64,000 nt of DNA. It comes from Geosiphon pyriformis uo1 (taxonomy: Eukaryota; Fungi; Glomeromycota). This document shows positions 48,808 to 63,892 of this stretch, one piece after another (position 1 is the first letter of the stretch; each line of letters starts with the position of its first letter). The notes under the pieces are model-generated. The model had not been told where the DNA came from. It ran no database searches and saw only the letters and a list, made by a program, of their open reading frames with translations. The stretch is taken from NCBI GenBank assembly GCA_016748015.1, contig JAAOMT010000571.1, forward strand, positions 1,360,524 through 1,424,523, read 5' to 3'. The position numbers and the translations under genes were made by a program.

Positions 48808-51800
48808 GTGACAGAATCAGAAAATATAGGAGCAAACCATTTAGGATTCACAAAATCCTTATTTCAATACTATTGTCAATACTTGGGATTAAACCACAAT
48901 CATATATCCACTGAATCAGCCTTCAATTTCTACATCAACGAAAAAATTTCTTTTTTATTAGAAACACCAGTGAATACTGAATCAGCAAAAGAAACTTTTT
49001 ATAAGGAGTTAATTTAAAACACCAACCTGCCAACAAATCATAATTTCGCATCCATCATCACTAAGATCAACAAAGAAATTAAACACCACACTCAACAAAG
49101 ATATCCAATTACATATACTAGTAAAGACAAGGGAAAACTACAAACACCAGCAATAACACCCAGAAAAATACAGCCACTTACTTGGAAAAAAAACAGAATT
49201 GAATCCTCAAGCAACCCATCCTACCACTATACACTTGGAAGCGCCATCAACATATCATCAACAAATGTGTTCCCATTAACTGCGACATCAGTATTTAGAC
49301 AATTTCCATTTCAAAGTAGACAAAAAAAAACAGAATTATTAGGACCATATGGCAAATACTTTGAAAGATTTAATTCATGATCATCAACCCCATTAGAACT
49401 TCGATCACCACCACCTCCACCAGATTTTGGAATCTTTGATCTGTGGGAAGCAGCAGAATCAGAAAAAGAGGAAGAAGAATCAGAGGATCAAGAATTCACT
49501 TACCAGCACCCAATTACTGAAAACCCAGAAGTTGAAACCCCAAATTTTCAAACTCAGCAAAATCTAAATCTAGAAAATTCGGAAATCGAAACTCTGAATC
49601 ATCAAAGGCAGAACAATTCAAAACCTGAATTAATTAATCAGCAAAACTTACCTCTGATAATCGTCATCGATCAACTGCCGATTAATCTCATAGCTGAACC
49701 TATACAACAGCCACTTCAACTACCACCTCAACAACCAGTACAACAACAACTGCTTGAACAGCCACCACAACCACCTAACTTAGATTCAATGGACTATGCA
49801 CCAATTGCAAAACTTGACAATTTTACTGGCAAAGAGGATGACACTCAAGTATGGCTGAATGATGTAGAAAAGGCCATTGTAGCCAACAGATGGAATAATG
49901 CCTGAGCAATGCAAACCATTCCTTACTTTCTCAAGGATACCACTAATTTATGGTATCAGAGCTTGATTAATAAACCACAAGATTTCAATACCTTCAAAGT
50001 GGAATTTCTAAGATACTTCAGCAACAATAACAGCATCAATTGCCTAGTCAATATATTCACCACCATGAAACAAAGAGAAACTGAAGTGGTCACCACTTAC
50101 CTGAGATGCTTCCATCAAAACCTGCGCCAAATTTAAGCAATTGATGCCAACTATTTCACAGCCCCACAGATACTCAACCAGTTTATCTGTGGCCTGCGCA
50201 GCAGCATCTTGCAACATGTACATCTATTGCATCCTGACACCCTTTAAGATGCAGTTACATGTGCCAGAGATTTTGAATCTGCTAAGTCAAAGGCTAATCA
50301 TGTCCAAACTGTTAATCTAGTAATAAATGGATCATCTGAATTGGATTCTAAATTGGAGAAGTTCAGTGAATCAATTAATAAGAGATTGGAAGAATACTTA
50401 GCTGACAATCACGCCATTTATTAGCCTCTACAATGACACAATAATCAAAAAAACTCTAATTATGCCCAAAATCAGCCATGTTCATCTTCATCAACCAATC
50501 AACAGTGGCAACAGAAAATGCATATCTGCCACTATTGTAGTAAACAAAGACATATCCAAATTGACTGTCACCAGCGTTCAAATAACCAATAATCAGGAAA
50601 CCAATATCAAAACCCCAATGGCCAGTTCCAAACTCCAAATCAGTACCCAAATCAAAACCAACCCGCTTACCTACCAGTAACGCAGTCATCAGTCTATCAA
50701 TCTCTGGTGTATCAAGCTCCAATCTATCAACCACAGCCACAAGTAATTTATCAACAACCACAGCCACAAATAATCTATCAACCCCAATAAATCCAAACAC
50801 CACCCCAAAGCTTACCAGCCAACAGAACCCAAAGACCGAGAATGACTCAACAGAGCTGGAGATTGGCGATGGTAGTTCATCAACTGATTTCCAGTTTTTT
50901 ACAGCAACCATCTGAATTACACCAGAGGAATTCGGGTGCCAGTCAACCCCAGAACCCAAATTCTCAGAACTAATTAAGTTTCCTGGTCACACCAGAAGAC
51001 GCCTCAACCAATAACTCAGCATTCATCCAAAAACAACTACTTACCAGTAATATCTCACCTGTTACCATTACCGAAGACGAGTCTTTGGCTGCTATATTCC
51101 CATTCAAATTTGAGGAAACAATTGCAATGCCATTATTTAGTAGAGCTGTTCTTGAAGCCAAACCAATTACTGTGATGTACACTGATGCCAAAGTCGAGGG
51201 ACAATCCATCAAATTGATCCTTGACAGTGGTTCAGCAGACAACATCATCACATGACAACTCATAGATCAATTAGATCACCGAGTTGATCAAGCTGCCAAC
51301 GCCAAAATCATCACAGCCGATAGAGCAACCAAAACTTCAATCGGCAAAATCGACAACTTCCCTTTCGAAGTCAATGGCATAGTGACTCCCATTAAAGTTC
51401 TAGTGATGGAAGCCACTCAATACCAAGCTCTTGTTGGTAATGACTGGCTATTCAAAGTCAACATAATGTTAGACTGGAACACCCAGGAACTCCAGCTAAC
51501 ATATCAAGGCTAACACATATGTGTACCGGCCACGTGTGGCTATTTCAAAACTCCTCCAAAAGAGAAACTATTGATTGAACTGGAGGAGAAGAAAGAGAAA
51601 CCTATCTGGGAAGCTTATCAAGTTTCTTGGGCTAACACTGACCACAACAAATTACCACTAATACTCTCATGAAACAACAACCCTAAGGGAAAGCAAAAAG
51701 AGGAACTGATTTGGGAAACAGATGATTTGACCTGGACCGACAACGAACAGAAAAAACCATCGAGTTGGGAGTGGAAAGAAGAAAAGGGAAAAGGAAAAGA

Positions 51801-54800
51801 GAGGAAAGAAAAAAACACTCAAGCCAACAACACTTATATCCCATATCAATCTATCGCTGACCCAAACTGATATGCATTAATTGTAGCAAAAAATTGTCAT
51901 CAATGAGCATATGCTGTGGCAACAATGAAGAATATCAGACAGCAACCAAGTTCTATTGCTGTGCATGCTGTGTCAAATGTTTTGAAAGACCAAAACGAGT
52001 GGAAAAATAGGATAATACACTATGTATAGCCTGTGGAGAAACTCTCCTTAACGAAGGAATGTGGAATGACATTCCAGGGAGAAGAGGAACGTGTGACATG
52101 TTCTGCCAATACACGATCCTCATCAATGACTGGGTCAAGAAAGGAACACCCATAGAAGCCACCTGGAGAAGAGCTGTACAGTGATTGAACAGTTGTCTAC
52201 ACGATGACGATGAATTATGGCAAATGACAATTGCCAAAATTGAAGGCGCATCACCAGAAAAAATCAGGACAATTAAAAACAATCCACTAAAACCCATTGA
52301 GCTTGACTGGGATGCAGAGCCAGTCATAAATTTTCTAGAACCAGAAGAGTTCCATGAACACTACCAAAACTTGGCACCCACTAGAGAAGAGCAAGAACAA
52401 TGGCTAGCACAGTTAAATACAAGACTGTGTTGCCATTGTTTAATTCTCAGTGACTTTGAATATTGTGACAATTGTAACTTTATTTACAATCCACCACCAT
52501 GCATGATCTACACGATTCCTGAAGAAGAAAAACCAATCAGCAGCTGTGCATCGGAATCAGAATTGCTGATTAATCACAATCCAGACTTCAACGATGACAA
52601 CGAAAATAGTTCCAGCTCCATTCAAAATGGCAATGACAACAAAGACGATTCAAACTCTGATTCAAACTCTGATTTAAACTATGAACAATACATTGCACTA
52701 CCAGATCTCTCCAAGGAACAAGAGTTAAAATAGTATAGTGACAATGGAGAAGGTATTATGCCAGAACGCGTGCACGATACTGATGCAGGATTTGATCTGA
52801 GATATCCAGGAACAGAAGCCATTAAATTGAAACCACATATGTGCACCTGCATTAATTTAAAAATAGCACTGGAAATTCCAGCAACAACAATGGTTCAATT
52901 AGCATCTAGAAGTAGTCTAGTAAAAAGAAGAATTAATATAAGAGGAGGAATAATTGACATGGGATATGTAAGAAATATCATCACTATGTTACAAAATGAC
53001 TCAGAAAAGACCTATATAATAGAGCTCAATGAAAAAATAGCACAGGCAATATTCCTGCCTTTGGTTAGAGTAGCTCAGTTAATATCAGTGGAAAAAAGGG
53101 AGGAATTAGAAATAACAGCAAGAGAAATACAGAGATTTGGATCAACAGGTAAAATAGATGTACCAGTTAATATGGCGGAGGAAGAAATTGTTGGTCAAGG
53201 AGAAATTATCTCAACTGGTCAAGCTATTTCCATTTCACCATATAACCAGTACATGCTAGCAATAGAAAGGAAGGAAAAAGACCAAGCACAAATTTTTGAA
53301 GCAGAAGCCAGTCTTTGTAAATCAGGAGAAGTTAGACTCATCAATCTCTACATACTAGCCAAAGATTATAGCTGCATAAAAATTCTCATCTACAACAACA
53401 CTGGCAATGTCATCAACATACCAGAAGGAACCACCATCAGATATTTAACCACAGAAATAAAAGACCAACCACCAAATTCCATTCCAGACTTTCCACAACT
53501 TTGTAAATATGTCGACATCACATCACAAACAATCTATGGACGAGACAAATATTATTTACTTCAACCAGAACAATTGGAACAAATGAACATAGAAAACTTA
53601 GATTCACTCCAATGTATGCAGCTTAAGATGTTGCTCAACAATTTCAAAAACATTTTTGCCAGTGAAAATGAGTTTGGCCAAACTGACATCATCCAGCATC
53701 AGATCAAGACTGGAGATACAATGCCAATTAAACAAAGAGCATATAGAGTGCCACCAGCCAGCCACAAGATTATTTGTTAAGAAATAAACCAAATGCTTAA
53801 CAATGGGCTAATTCAGCCATCAATAAGTCCATGGTTATCACCAGTGGTACTTGTTTATAAGAAAAATGGAAAGATCTGATTTTGTGTAAACTACAGGAAA
53901 CTCAATGGTGTAACTTGTAAAGACAGCTATCCAACTCCATGGATACAGGAATTATTCGATGATTTTGGCAGGAACAAGTGGTTTTCAACATTAGACTTAA
54001 ACAGTAGTTACTGGCAAGTGGCCATGGATCCAGCTAACAAAGAAAAGATGGCATTCACCACGAGAGAAAGGAATTTTGAATTTGAAGTAATGCCATTTGG
54101 TTTAACCAATGCACCAGCCACTTTCCAACGGCTAATGGAAATTGTTTATACTGGCTTATTGTGAAAATCAGTAGTTGTATACTTGGACAACACCAATGTA
54201 TTTTCAAAAACATTTGATGATCATCTTCATCATTTTCAACAAGTGTTTGAAAGACTAAGAAGAGCAGGACTAAAGTTAAATACAACAAAGTGCTTTTTTG
54301 GCAAGACAGAACTAAAATTCTTGGGACACATAGTCAGCAAAGACAGCATCAAAACAGATCCAGAGAAAATAGAGATAGTAAAGAACTTTCCAGTGCTAAT
54401 CAATATGACAGAACTGAAATCATTCTTGGGATTTGCCAGCTACTATCAACATTTTATCAAGAACTTTTCCAAGATAGCACAGCCACTCAACCAACTGCAA
54501 ACCAAGAATACCAAATATGAATGGGCAGAAAGTCAATAAAAAGCTTTTGACATTTTGAAAAGAAAGCTTATTCAAGCTCCAGTACTGATTTATCCAGATT
54601 ACAGCAAACCATTCATCATCACCATCAATGCATCTGGCCAAGCATTGGAAGCAGTATTATCTCAGAGAAGACCAGACAGCAGAGAATATTCAGTAGTATA
54701 TGCCAGCAGAGGTTTAACACCAGCCAAAAAGAACTATGGAACACCAGAACAAGAACACTTAGCAATATACTGGTTAGTCATGAAATGAAAAAAATACTTG

Positions 54801-54983
54801 AGCCAGAAGTTTGAAGTATACACAGATCACAAGGGATTAATATCACTCCAAAAACAAGAATTTGAAGATAAAAGACAGTCAAGATGGAAAATGGCACTCG
54901 CACCATACAATTATACTATACATTACAAAAAAGGAAAAGATAATAGAAATGCTAACAGTTTGTTGTAAATGAGACAAATCTAA
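48808..54983 (+). pseudogene. gag-pol: Gag-PR-Cys-rich-dUTPase-RT-RNase H of G
   Basis: Gag and PR in one frame; LILDSGS; 340-aa dUTPase-containing ORF 52758-53780; YLDN (decayed YLDD); ends MRQI*. Confidence 0.93.
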
Positions 54984-55045
54984 GAACATTTTAACACAAA
55001 AATATAACAAAACCAGAACAATACCAACGAAAAATATAACAAAAT

Positions 55046-56429
55046 ATGAACATACAAAAATATTAACAACTTTAACATTATATAAACACTCAACAGTTCA
55101 AGGAAAATTTATCTCAAATAGAACAAAAGAGTATTAAACAACAATCAAAATATTTTATTACTCACCAAAATATACTTTATCGGAAAAATAGAAAAGATCC
55201 AAATCAACCAATCAGAGTAATAACAAAGCCAAAAAAAGAGACAATATTATTCAACATCCACTCAAATCCAACAGCAGAACATTTTCATAAAGAAGCAATC
55301 ATAGAAAAAACCAGAAAAAAATACTATTGGCCATCAATGTATCCAGACATCATCTAATATGTTCAAAATTGTGATGTTTGTCAGTGAAGAGGAGGTACAA
55401 AACTCAGTGAACCGTTAAGATCAATCAAAGTAGGACAACCATTTGACTGTATTGGAATTGATCTAGTTGGACTATTAACAATCACCAGCAGAGGAAACAG
55501 GTACATAGCAGTAGCCATGGACTATCTTACTAAATGGCCAGAGACGAAAGCAATTCAAAGAGTAAATGCAGAATCTATTGCCGAATTCATTTATTAGGAT
55601 CTGATCTGTTGACATGGATGTCCAAAAGAATTATTATCAGACCAAGGAACTTATTTTGTAAACAAAACATTAACAGAATTGAGCCAAAAATTCAGAATTA
55701 AGAGACCACTATCATTATCATATTATCTACAAACCAATAGATTAGTTGAAAGATTCAAACAGAACATTGTGTAAAGCAATAGCTAAATTCAGCCAAGAAA
55801 ACCAGAATGATTGGGATTTGTTGATACCATCAGTACTATTTGCTTATCGGACAATGAAACAAGATACTACACAAGCAACACCATTTGAATTAGTATATGG
55901 TAAAGCAGCAATACTACCAGTGGAAATAGAAGTCAGCACATATCCAACCAAACCAATAACAAAAGAGAATTTCAAAAATACATTGTTGAGAAGAACATAT
56001 AACTTAATAGAAACATTAGAAAACAAATGACGAAGAACAGCTGATAACATACAAAAGTCACAAGAGAAACAAAAAGAAAGACATGATAACCAACTACCAG
56101 ATAAACCAGTTGAATTCAGGATTAGAAACAAAGTACTCTTACATCATACCAAAGTGGAAAAACAATGGAGTGGAAAATTTGACCCCAAATGAGACGGACC
56201 ATTTTACATAGAAGAAATTCTAGAAAATGGAGCTTACAAATTAAGATTGAATAACAAAATTTTGACCAAAACAGCACATAGAGATCGACTGAAACCATAC
56301 CACCATATAGTATCATCATCCACCAGTAATATTCCACAATTAGGAGTACAGAGAATACTAGTCCAACCAGATGAGATTTCACAAGATCTAGAACCAATCA
56401 TTATTATTGACAACAACACGTCTAATTGA
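55046..56429 (+). pseudogene. int: Separately encoded integrase of G
   Basis: ATG 55046; CDVCQ, IDLVG, LSDQGT, DGPFYI. Confidence 0.9.
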
Positions 56430-56482
56430 TTGACAAAAGAATATATAAGAACATGGTCAACACAACAGAAGATATCAGAAAA

Positions 56483-57112
56483 ATGGAAATTATGGACAAT
56501 ATCCATTCACTAGCCCAACAAATTTTTCAATTAATCCAACACCAGGAGATGGAAATTACCATCAATTAACAAACCATTTGTTACAAAAATACAGTAAAAA
56601 TACCACCAAACAAAGCACAAAAAAGACTTGAAAACGTGGTTGACAAGATTATAACCAAGATAAAATTGGCCATAAAAGAACAACAAATAGTCGGATTACA
56701 CTAAGAACTTACCAGAAAAACTTGGACTTGGTGGATACAACAATTTCCAAAAAACTATTGTTATTTTTACTTGGGACAACACATAAATATTCAGAACTTG
56801 TACACCGACAAAACAAAATGGTTATTTGATACCACCATACTGGGACAACTAGAACAATTTGTGGGAAAGAACAATCTAACTACACAAGCTTGAGCCATTT
56901 ACAGGATATATATGAGATTTCAAGACTGACCAGAAATCTTACTCAACACAACAATGGATACAGTTACGAGTAATCAATTGGGAAAAATGACCAATGCCCA
57001 ATTTGAAAAACTACAAAATAAAATAACACAAGTAATACTCGAAAAAGAAGTTCAAGAAATAATTCAAGAAGGAAAATTAAAAGAATTAGATTTCAACAGA
57101 GCTCAATATTAA
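56483..57112 (+). pseudogene. ORF3 of G
   Basis: MEIMDNIHSLAQQIF...YCYFYLGQHINIQNLY...QLGKMTNAQFEKLQ...FNRAQY*. Confidence 0.85.
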
Positions 57113-57125
57113 AAGAAGGGGATAA

Positions 57126-57974
57126 TATTACTCATAGAATATAGAAAATATAGTATTATTAGTCAGTAAGATATTAGCCAATCAGAGGTAAACATAGTAA
57201 ATGTGGAATTTCAGAATTCCTCTCAGAGGAATTGCAGGATTCCAGGAATTTTAGGATTCCCCAGCGAGGAATTGTAGAATTCCAAAATTCCAAAATTCCT
57301 CTCATCAGAAATCACAGGATTCCTGTTGCAAAGAATTGAGGAATTGAGGAATCTCAATTATGTATATATAGTAGTAGGATTAGAAACTGAAAAGACAGAC
57401 CTCTTAGTTTAGATTTAATCTAAGCAACATTCCAGTCCCCAATTATTAAATAAATAATTATTCCATATTTCAACCCACTCTCTACTATCAACACTTCATG
57501 TTGATAATAATTGATACTTAACCATGCTGGAACAATAGCTCTTGATCATGGCTATTGACAAGATATTAACAATTGTCTTGGCTTATTTCCTCTATTTTTT
57601 TTATTTTATTTTCTTTCTTTTTGTGATTTTGTTGTTGTATACTAATTGATTAAAAAGATTAAGCACTGAGTTATTGACATCAAGGATAGCCTGGTAAAAG
57701 ATCCAGAAATAAGGGTAAGATTTTATATATTATCAGATAGCTTACCAGAAAAGCACGACTGCCAGACTAAATCTGGCCACCACACTGAGAAAAAAATTGG
57801 GAAAACTCTTGGAAAGATACATCTACTATCGACCCTATTAAATCTCTGTTCATTATACAAAGGACTCCATCAAAACCTTCAGCACTTGCAGAACCTCATT
57901 CACGGAAGTAGCTTTTGAGCACCAAGTTACAGGTTTGTTATTTAATTCAACAGCAGAAATAATCACCTGTAACA
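57126..57974 (+). repeat. 3' LTR of G
   Basis: Direct repeat of 47883-48745. Confidence 0.95.
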
Positions 57975-60900
57975 ACAGTTTCTTTTTGTTCTTCTTGATC
58001 TTCATCATTACTTTTATCATCTGATTTATCTGATTGTTCTTCTTCCTGGTTCTGTTTAGGTACTGGAGGAGTTGTTTAATGTCGGGATTTAACCACAATG
58101 GATTTCTCATTACATCTGATGGTTAGCTCATAAAGTTCATAGTCAAGTAGTGCTTTGGCCTTCTTAAGTCATTCATTACCAACAATGATGGTGTACTTTT
58201 TTACTTTAGATACTTTCATGTCTGTTTCAATGCTAATACTATTGATGCAAACAAGAATAGCTTTGGCTATATCCAGACCTTTCTTCTTGTTACCATGTAC
58301 ATTGGTTATTGGTCTTGTGGAAGGCTCATCAATTTTTCTGCCAATTGCTTCAAGAAAGTGTTTGGCAATTACACTAACAGATAATCCACTGTCTAGAATC
58401 AGATCAATAAAGTAACCAGCCATTTGGGCTTTACAAATTAGAGAGGTGACATTGCTGTTATCAACAAATCCAGCTTGGTGAGAGTGTTTGTTGGTCTTTG
58501 GTGTTTTCTTTTTTGGTATTAATGATTTGTGAAGATCTTTTTTAAACTGTGGATGGGTCATCAATTGGCCAAATGTAATGTGTACAGGGGTTTCTATGAA
58601 ATCTTTAACAACAGAATAGGGGCCAGATTTTTGTACTATTTCTGGAGGTTCCAACTTTGGAGGATTTTTAAAAACCTTAGTCTTTGGTGGCTCATTGTTA
58701 TCAACAGATAATTTGGATGCTTTGTTTGGATCTAAGACGAAATGAACCTTGGCTTTCTTCTTTCTGGTTTATTCAGAGGTGTTGATTGCTAGTTTATCCA
58801 TATTATGATCATCATCAGTTAGGTTAAAAGCATAAAAGGGGTTTTCTTTTGGTTGGCTTGCACTCTCATCTTTTGGAGGTGCACCTACCAGTTTAAAGGC
58901 TGATAAACAGTGGCTTTAACTAAGGAATTCTCTCCAAAGAAATTGATGTTGGCATGATTGGGTTTTTGGTTGGGAACATTATTGTTGGTGGTTCTGTTGT
59001 TTTGATTGTCATTGTTTTTAGGAGCTGGAGAGGGCAATAGAGGATTGTTGCAGTCTTTTGAGAAGTGTCCAGTTAGTCCACAATAATAGCACACAGGTGG
59101 GCCATAATTTTGCTGTCTTTGATATAATGGTTGTTGGGACTGATTGAAGCAGAATTCAAATCTGGGTTTTTGGGGTTGTTGATTCTCTCTAACTGCTTGG
59201 GCCAAAGGTTCTAATAGCCAGACAAGATTTGCTGTAAGCCTATTTATTAAAAGTTCATTTAAATCTTGAGTTTGGGCAGCAAAAGAGGCCAAAGAGCATA
59301 TGATAGATCAGTTCTTAGTCTTTTTGTAAAGGAATGTATTTTCTGCTCTTCTGTCCAATTTCTTCCAGAGTCTACCCATTTAATGAGTTTTCTTATTGCT
59401 TTGGCATATTCTGTCACAACCTTACCAGGGCCTTGAGTTTTTCTTTCTAATTCTATATGCCATTTTGAGATTAAGATAGAAGTTCTAAATTTCATTTCAA
59501 ACCAGGTAGTGAAAGAGATGTTGTCTTCTCCAGTATTTGCCAATGCCCATCTAATGATTTTTTGCTAAGCATTGGCATTGGTTTCTTGTAAAAACCAAGT
59601 AGCAGAAGAGCCTTGGAGGTAGCCACCAACAATTTGGAACTTGTATTTATTATCATATTGGTTTGCTGTGGCAGCTTTCTTAAAATTATCTAGCCATTCA
59701 ATTGGATCTTGGGCATCATCTCTAAATAACAGTAATGGGGTGTTGTTTCTTTGCCCTAAAGCAGTTTGTATACCTTGGAGGGCAATTAGAATGTTTTGTT
59801 GCAGAGGGTCTTGAGCCATTGGTTCAGATGTAACTGTTTGTGTAGAGTGTTCTAATTCACTTGAAAATAGATCAAAAACAGAAGCAGTTTAATAGCTTTC
59901 TTCTTCTGTTTTAAGAGGAGTTTCTGTTGATTGATGGGCAACAATTCAAATGTGGATTTGATGATTCAAATATTCGAAATCAGAGGACTGTTGGTCAAAA
60001 GTTGTAGAATATAAGAGCTGATTGATACTGTTGTTTCTTTCTTCAAATTTGTCTTCAAAATAAGCTTGGTCAAAGTAATAGGTTGTATAAGCTGTATAGG
60101 TTTTAGCTGAATGCTTATTCAGGAACCAGTTCCAAAAGTTTTGGAATTGTCTGCTGGATTGTTTTTCAATAGAAAAGCAAATTAAGCAAAAGGACAAAAG
60201 ATTGAGTTTAATAAAGTTTAGATCATTTTTGTTATGTGCTTCAAAGTATTCTTCTGATTGTTGTAGCAAGTATAAATAATCACTCATACAATAGAAAACA
60301 AAGAGGATTTTTGACAACTTCACAGGAAGCACCACTTTTATGTTATGGGTTGGAGTAACAAGCTAACGGATAGTAAAGGAGAACAGGATTGTAAGGTGAT
60401 GAAAGGAATCAAAGAGAATTCAACTTCAAAGAGTGAATTAAATAAGTATGGATTCAATGTGTAAGATCAGTTTCATAAAATATCTCAGTCACTATACTTT
60501 TTAAAGATAACTGGGGAATCTAAAGGTAGAGAGATAGTTCGTACTGTCAACAAATGATCACACTTGGTATAATTCTATGTCTTATATTAGCACTCTTAGA
60601 ATTCAATATCAAGTATCAGATGTGCTCTTCAGTTATGTTTTATTCAATAATCTTCAAATATTGCAATTACACATTTCAAAAAAAGGATAAGTAAATGCCA
60701 ACAAGTAGTTTTTTATCTTTAAGATGTTCAGATACTTAAAAGTAAAAAAAAAAAAATTAGTGATAAGAGAAAGATTGAGATGAAATTGTTATTTTATTTC
60801 TTTATTTCTTTTATTCTTACATGCTTTTCTACAGCTAAGAGATTCATCACTTATATAGCTGTCAAAAGTGGTCAATGATCAGGTCAACAGTCAGATTATT

Positions 60901-61005
60901 GATCAGGTCAATGATCACTTACTAAAAATAGAGTGGCTAATTTATGTGACATCAATAGCTAATACATATAATTATTAATAAAAAGTATAAGTTTCAACCA
61001 TAACA
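57975..61005 (-). mobile_element. Ty3/Gypsy copy H (different family), 5' part: LTR, PBS, gag, protease
   Basis: MAQDP...DPIEWLDNF capsid-like region, CYYCGLTGHFSKDC knuckle, LILDSGL protease; PBS at 60318-60334; LTR 60341-61005. Confidence 0.9.
60341..61005 (-). repeat. 5' LTR of H
   Basis: TGTTATGG...CCATAACA perfect 8-bp inverted termini; GGTCAATGATCA repeats at ~60870-60920. Confidence 0.88.
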
Positions 61006-62000
61006 GTATCATTGATTTACAATCAATGTTCTAGATCCAGCCATCTAAATCTGATCATCTAAAAATCACTAGCTCTTGGATAAATAACAAGCCGAATAAG
61101 CTCATCATGAATTGATTAATTAAATGTATATAAATAATTGATGTATTTTAAATAGTTCTAATATAGTATGTAGATCTGATGTAATTTAGCTATATATACA
61201 GCCCCTCTGTCAGCTCAGGAAAGCATCAGTTTAATACTGAGCCAACTCTTTGCTATAGTTTTATAGTGAGCAGTTAGTCTTTTTCTCTACTTCTTACACT
61301 TTCTTTCCCCTTTTCTATGTTCTAAATACTTGTCATTATAATCTCAAGTATGTCTTCCCATATTCCTTATCACCATTTGGAATCATATTGTTTATAATCT
61401 TTTACTTACTTGTTATTACCATTTCAAGTTGTTCTATTACTTTTAATCTTTCAAATCATGTATTATCACCATTTCATATTAAGTTTTGTTTCACCAAACA
61501 AGTTGTTAAATATAAAAATAAGTAATAAAGTATTACATTGTTAGAAAGTGGTCTCAACAATAAAAAGTTTAAGCAAAATCTATTTCAGTTATGTTTAACT
61601 TTCATAATTCTTTTTATAATTCCTATAACTTTGTTTTCAAAGTGAGCATTTGAACACCACATTCTTTCGATGACTAATTGAAAAAATTCTGGTTACATAT
61701 TTCTTTGAGTAGTTGGTTTTATTCCTTGTTGCTGATTGCACTTCTAATACATATAAAGAGATGTGATTTTTCTTTCCTCTTTTAAATACCTAAGACTGGT
61801 TCTTGTCCAAAAACAAATAATAATGACAATATTTTCTTTTGCTTTTAATAACTTTATCATGTATCCTCTTTTGCTTTTCCACCTATTGAAATAGTCTATA
61901 CACTTATGATATGCTATAGTCAGTAGCATAATTATGGTAATGTGTGTTACCAGTTGAGCTAAGAAATGTTCTCTAATACTAACAAAAACCACTGGTAACA
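61006..62000 (+). repeat. Probable partial LTR of a further family, truncated by H
   Basis: TATATATACAG box at ~61191, pyrimidine tract, ends TGGTAACA exactly where LINE sequence begins. Confidence 0.55.
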
Positions 62001-63892
62001 GCATTCTCAATAATCAAACCAATAGCAAAAATGAGAGACTGAGTCATTGTATCTTTCAAAACTGAAAAATTGTCCCCATGAAAAATATTAAAAGTACTAC
62101 ATACCAAAGAAATTCTATTAGTGAGAATCTTGGAAAGAATTTTACAAGCTGTCTCAATTAAAGCAATAGGTCAAGTATTCATAAGAACACTCTTCTATTT
62201 ATATGATTTGGAAATTATCAAGACCCAAGCTTCCTTTCAAGAATCAGACACAGATTCACCAAACAAACAAGAGTTCAAAAGCACCAAAAGCATATTCAGA
62301 ACTGTCCTATTACAATGTTTCCAAAGCTCATTCAATATACCCAAGAGACCAACAGCTTTGCCATTAGGTAGAAAAAAAACCACCTTAAACAATTTATCAA
62401 ACTCAATTGAACACATAACATCAGAAAAAACTTCATCAAAAACATACTCCAAAGGTTGATATTAATGACACCAATCACCAAAAATATCATTAACCATGCA
62501 ATGCTTTCTAGTTCAACTCTCTATGATAACATCTATCTTAGATTTAACCAAATTGGATTCCAGGATAAGATCATCATCAACAATCAGATAATTGAGAACT
62601 ACTTTGCAAAATGGGCATTCCAGCACACTCCTAATTGTATGATCCTTATTTACCTCAAAGCTCTTCATTCTCTTATCTATAGCAGCTCTGATAGTTGCCT
62701 CCTTAGCCCTCAAAGATTCAGTAAGTTTAAATGCATGATAAGTCTTTCTAGCACCACAAAGAGCAGAACAAATGTAACCAGAGTCTGTACCAGAATCCAC
62801 AACATCTTAAATGACTGAAGCCTTAACATTGTTCAAAGAAATCCAGCACTTCATAAGAGAGACAAAATTTGCAACATTCTTCTCACATGAAACCTTAACA
62901 ATCTTAGAAACCAAAAGTTCCAATTTGTGATACCTTGAAGATTTCTTGGTAAAGATATCATCAAAGCTCTTAAACCACTTCTTCTTGAACACCTCATTAG
63001 CCAAGAGAACTATTATCTTGCAAATAACATCTCACATTGCATTCAGATTCGAAAACCTCACAGCTGTGGTGAACTCATCCAAAAACATCAATGCATTGGC
63101 CAATATAGCATTACCAAAATCTTTCCATTTAGCTTCATTAGCACCCTTAAAATTAAACTTCCAATAATTTCTATTTGCTTGCTTGTGAAAAAAGTTTAGC
63201 TGTATATTCAAAAGTCCATCCAAACTCACAGACACAGACACAGTCTGATGGTCAGTATCAAAAAATTCTCCAACATTAAACACATTTTGACTTATTACAG
63301 CATTGACCAAGTTTGAAGAAATAAACAAAAAATTAATTATCTTAGCCACACCATGAGAGTTAGTCCATGTTGGTATTTTCACATGAGAACATTCACTTAA
63401 GAAATTGACCAAACCAAGATCCAGACATTTTTTGAAACTGGCACACTTATGAGAACTATTTTCGTTGAAGTTACTATCCAGAATTACAAAAAATAACTTA
63501 TTTACAGCTTTAGCAATCATAGAATTAATATTACCAGCTTAAGAAAACTGAGCCACCAAAGAAGCATCAGCATAGAGCCCCAGAATTAAAACAGAAAGTT
63601 TATTTTTGAAGAGTAATTTAAGAGAGATGAGCCAACCAGAAACCTTGAAAACTTTACACATGTGTTTTGCCAAAGAAATGTCCATGATAATTGCAACACC
63701 AGAACCCAAATAGCCAGAGTTCAGACCAAAAGTGAAAATCCGAACACCATCAAACTTATTCATGATCCACAAGTGAATTTTACCCTTTAACTTAGTTTCA
63801 GTAACAACAATAATTAAATTATTCTGTTTCTTATGCCAACAAATTATATCATCCTGTTTCACAGAATTGTTCATGTCCCTAATATTGTACGT
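62001..63892 (-). mobile_element. Internal fragment of a second LINE ORF2 (APE to start of RT)
   Basis: VTETKLK, GSGVAI, TWTNS, TDHQTV, LPNGKAVG, FAIGLIIENA; paralogous to ~39130-41030. Confidence 0.9.

Larger units (their letters stand above)
47883..57974 (+). mobile_element. Full-length Ty3/Gypsy copy G, two LTRs, flanks not matching (TCAG / ACAG)
   Basis: LTRs 47883-48745 and 57126-57974; PBS TGGTGTTTCCTATAAGG 48748-48764; PPT AAGAAGGGG 57113-57121. Confidence 0.95.

Noticed and set aside
50456-51263. Antisense or alternative-frame ORFs over gag/PR (also 13094-13757, 30448-31076)
   Set aside because: Shadow frames of low-complexity Gln/Pro/Asn-rich coding sequence, with no consistent starts or independent motifs.
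56240-56429. Chromodomain at the integrase C-terminus
   Set aside because: The tail after the GPF motif lacks the aromatic-cage/YLVKW pattern.
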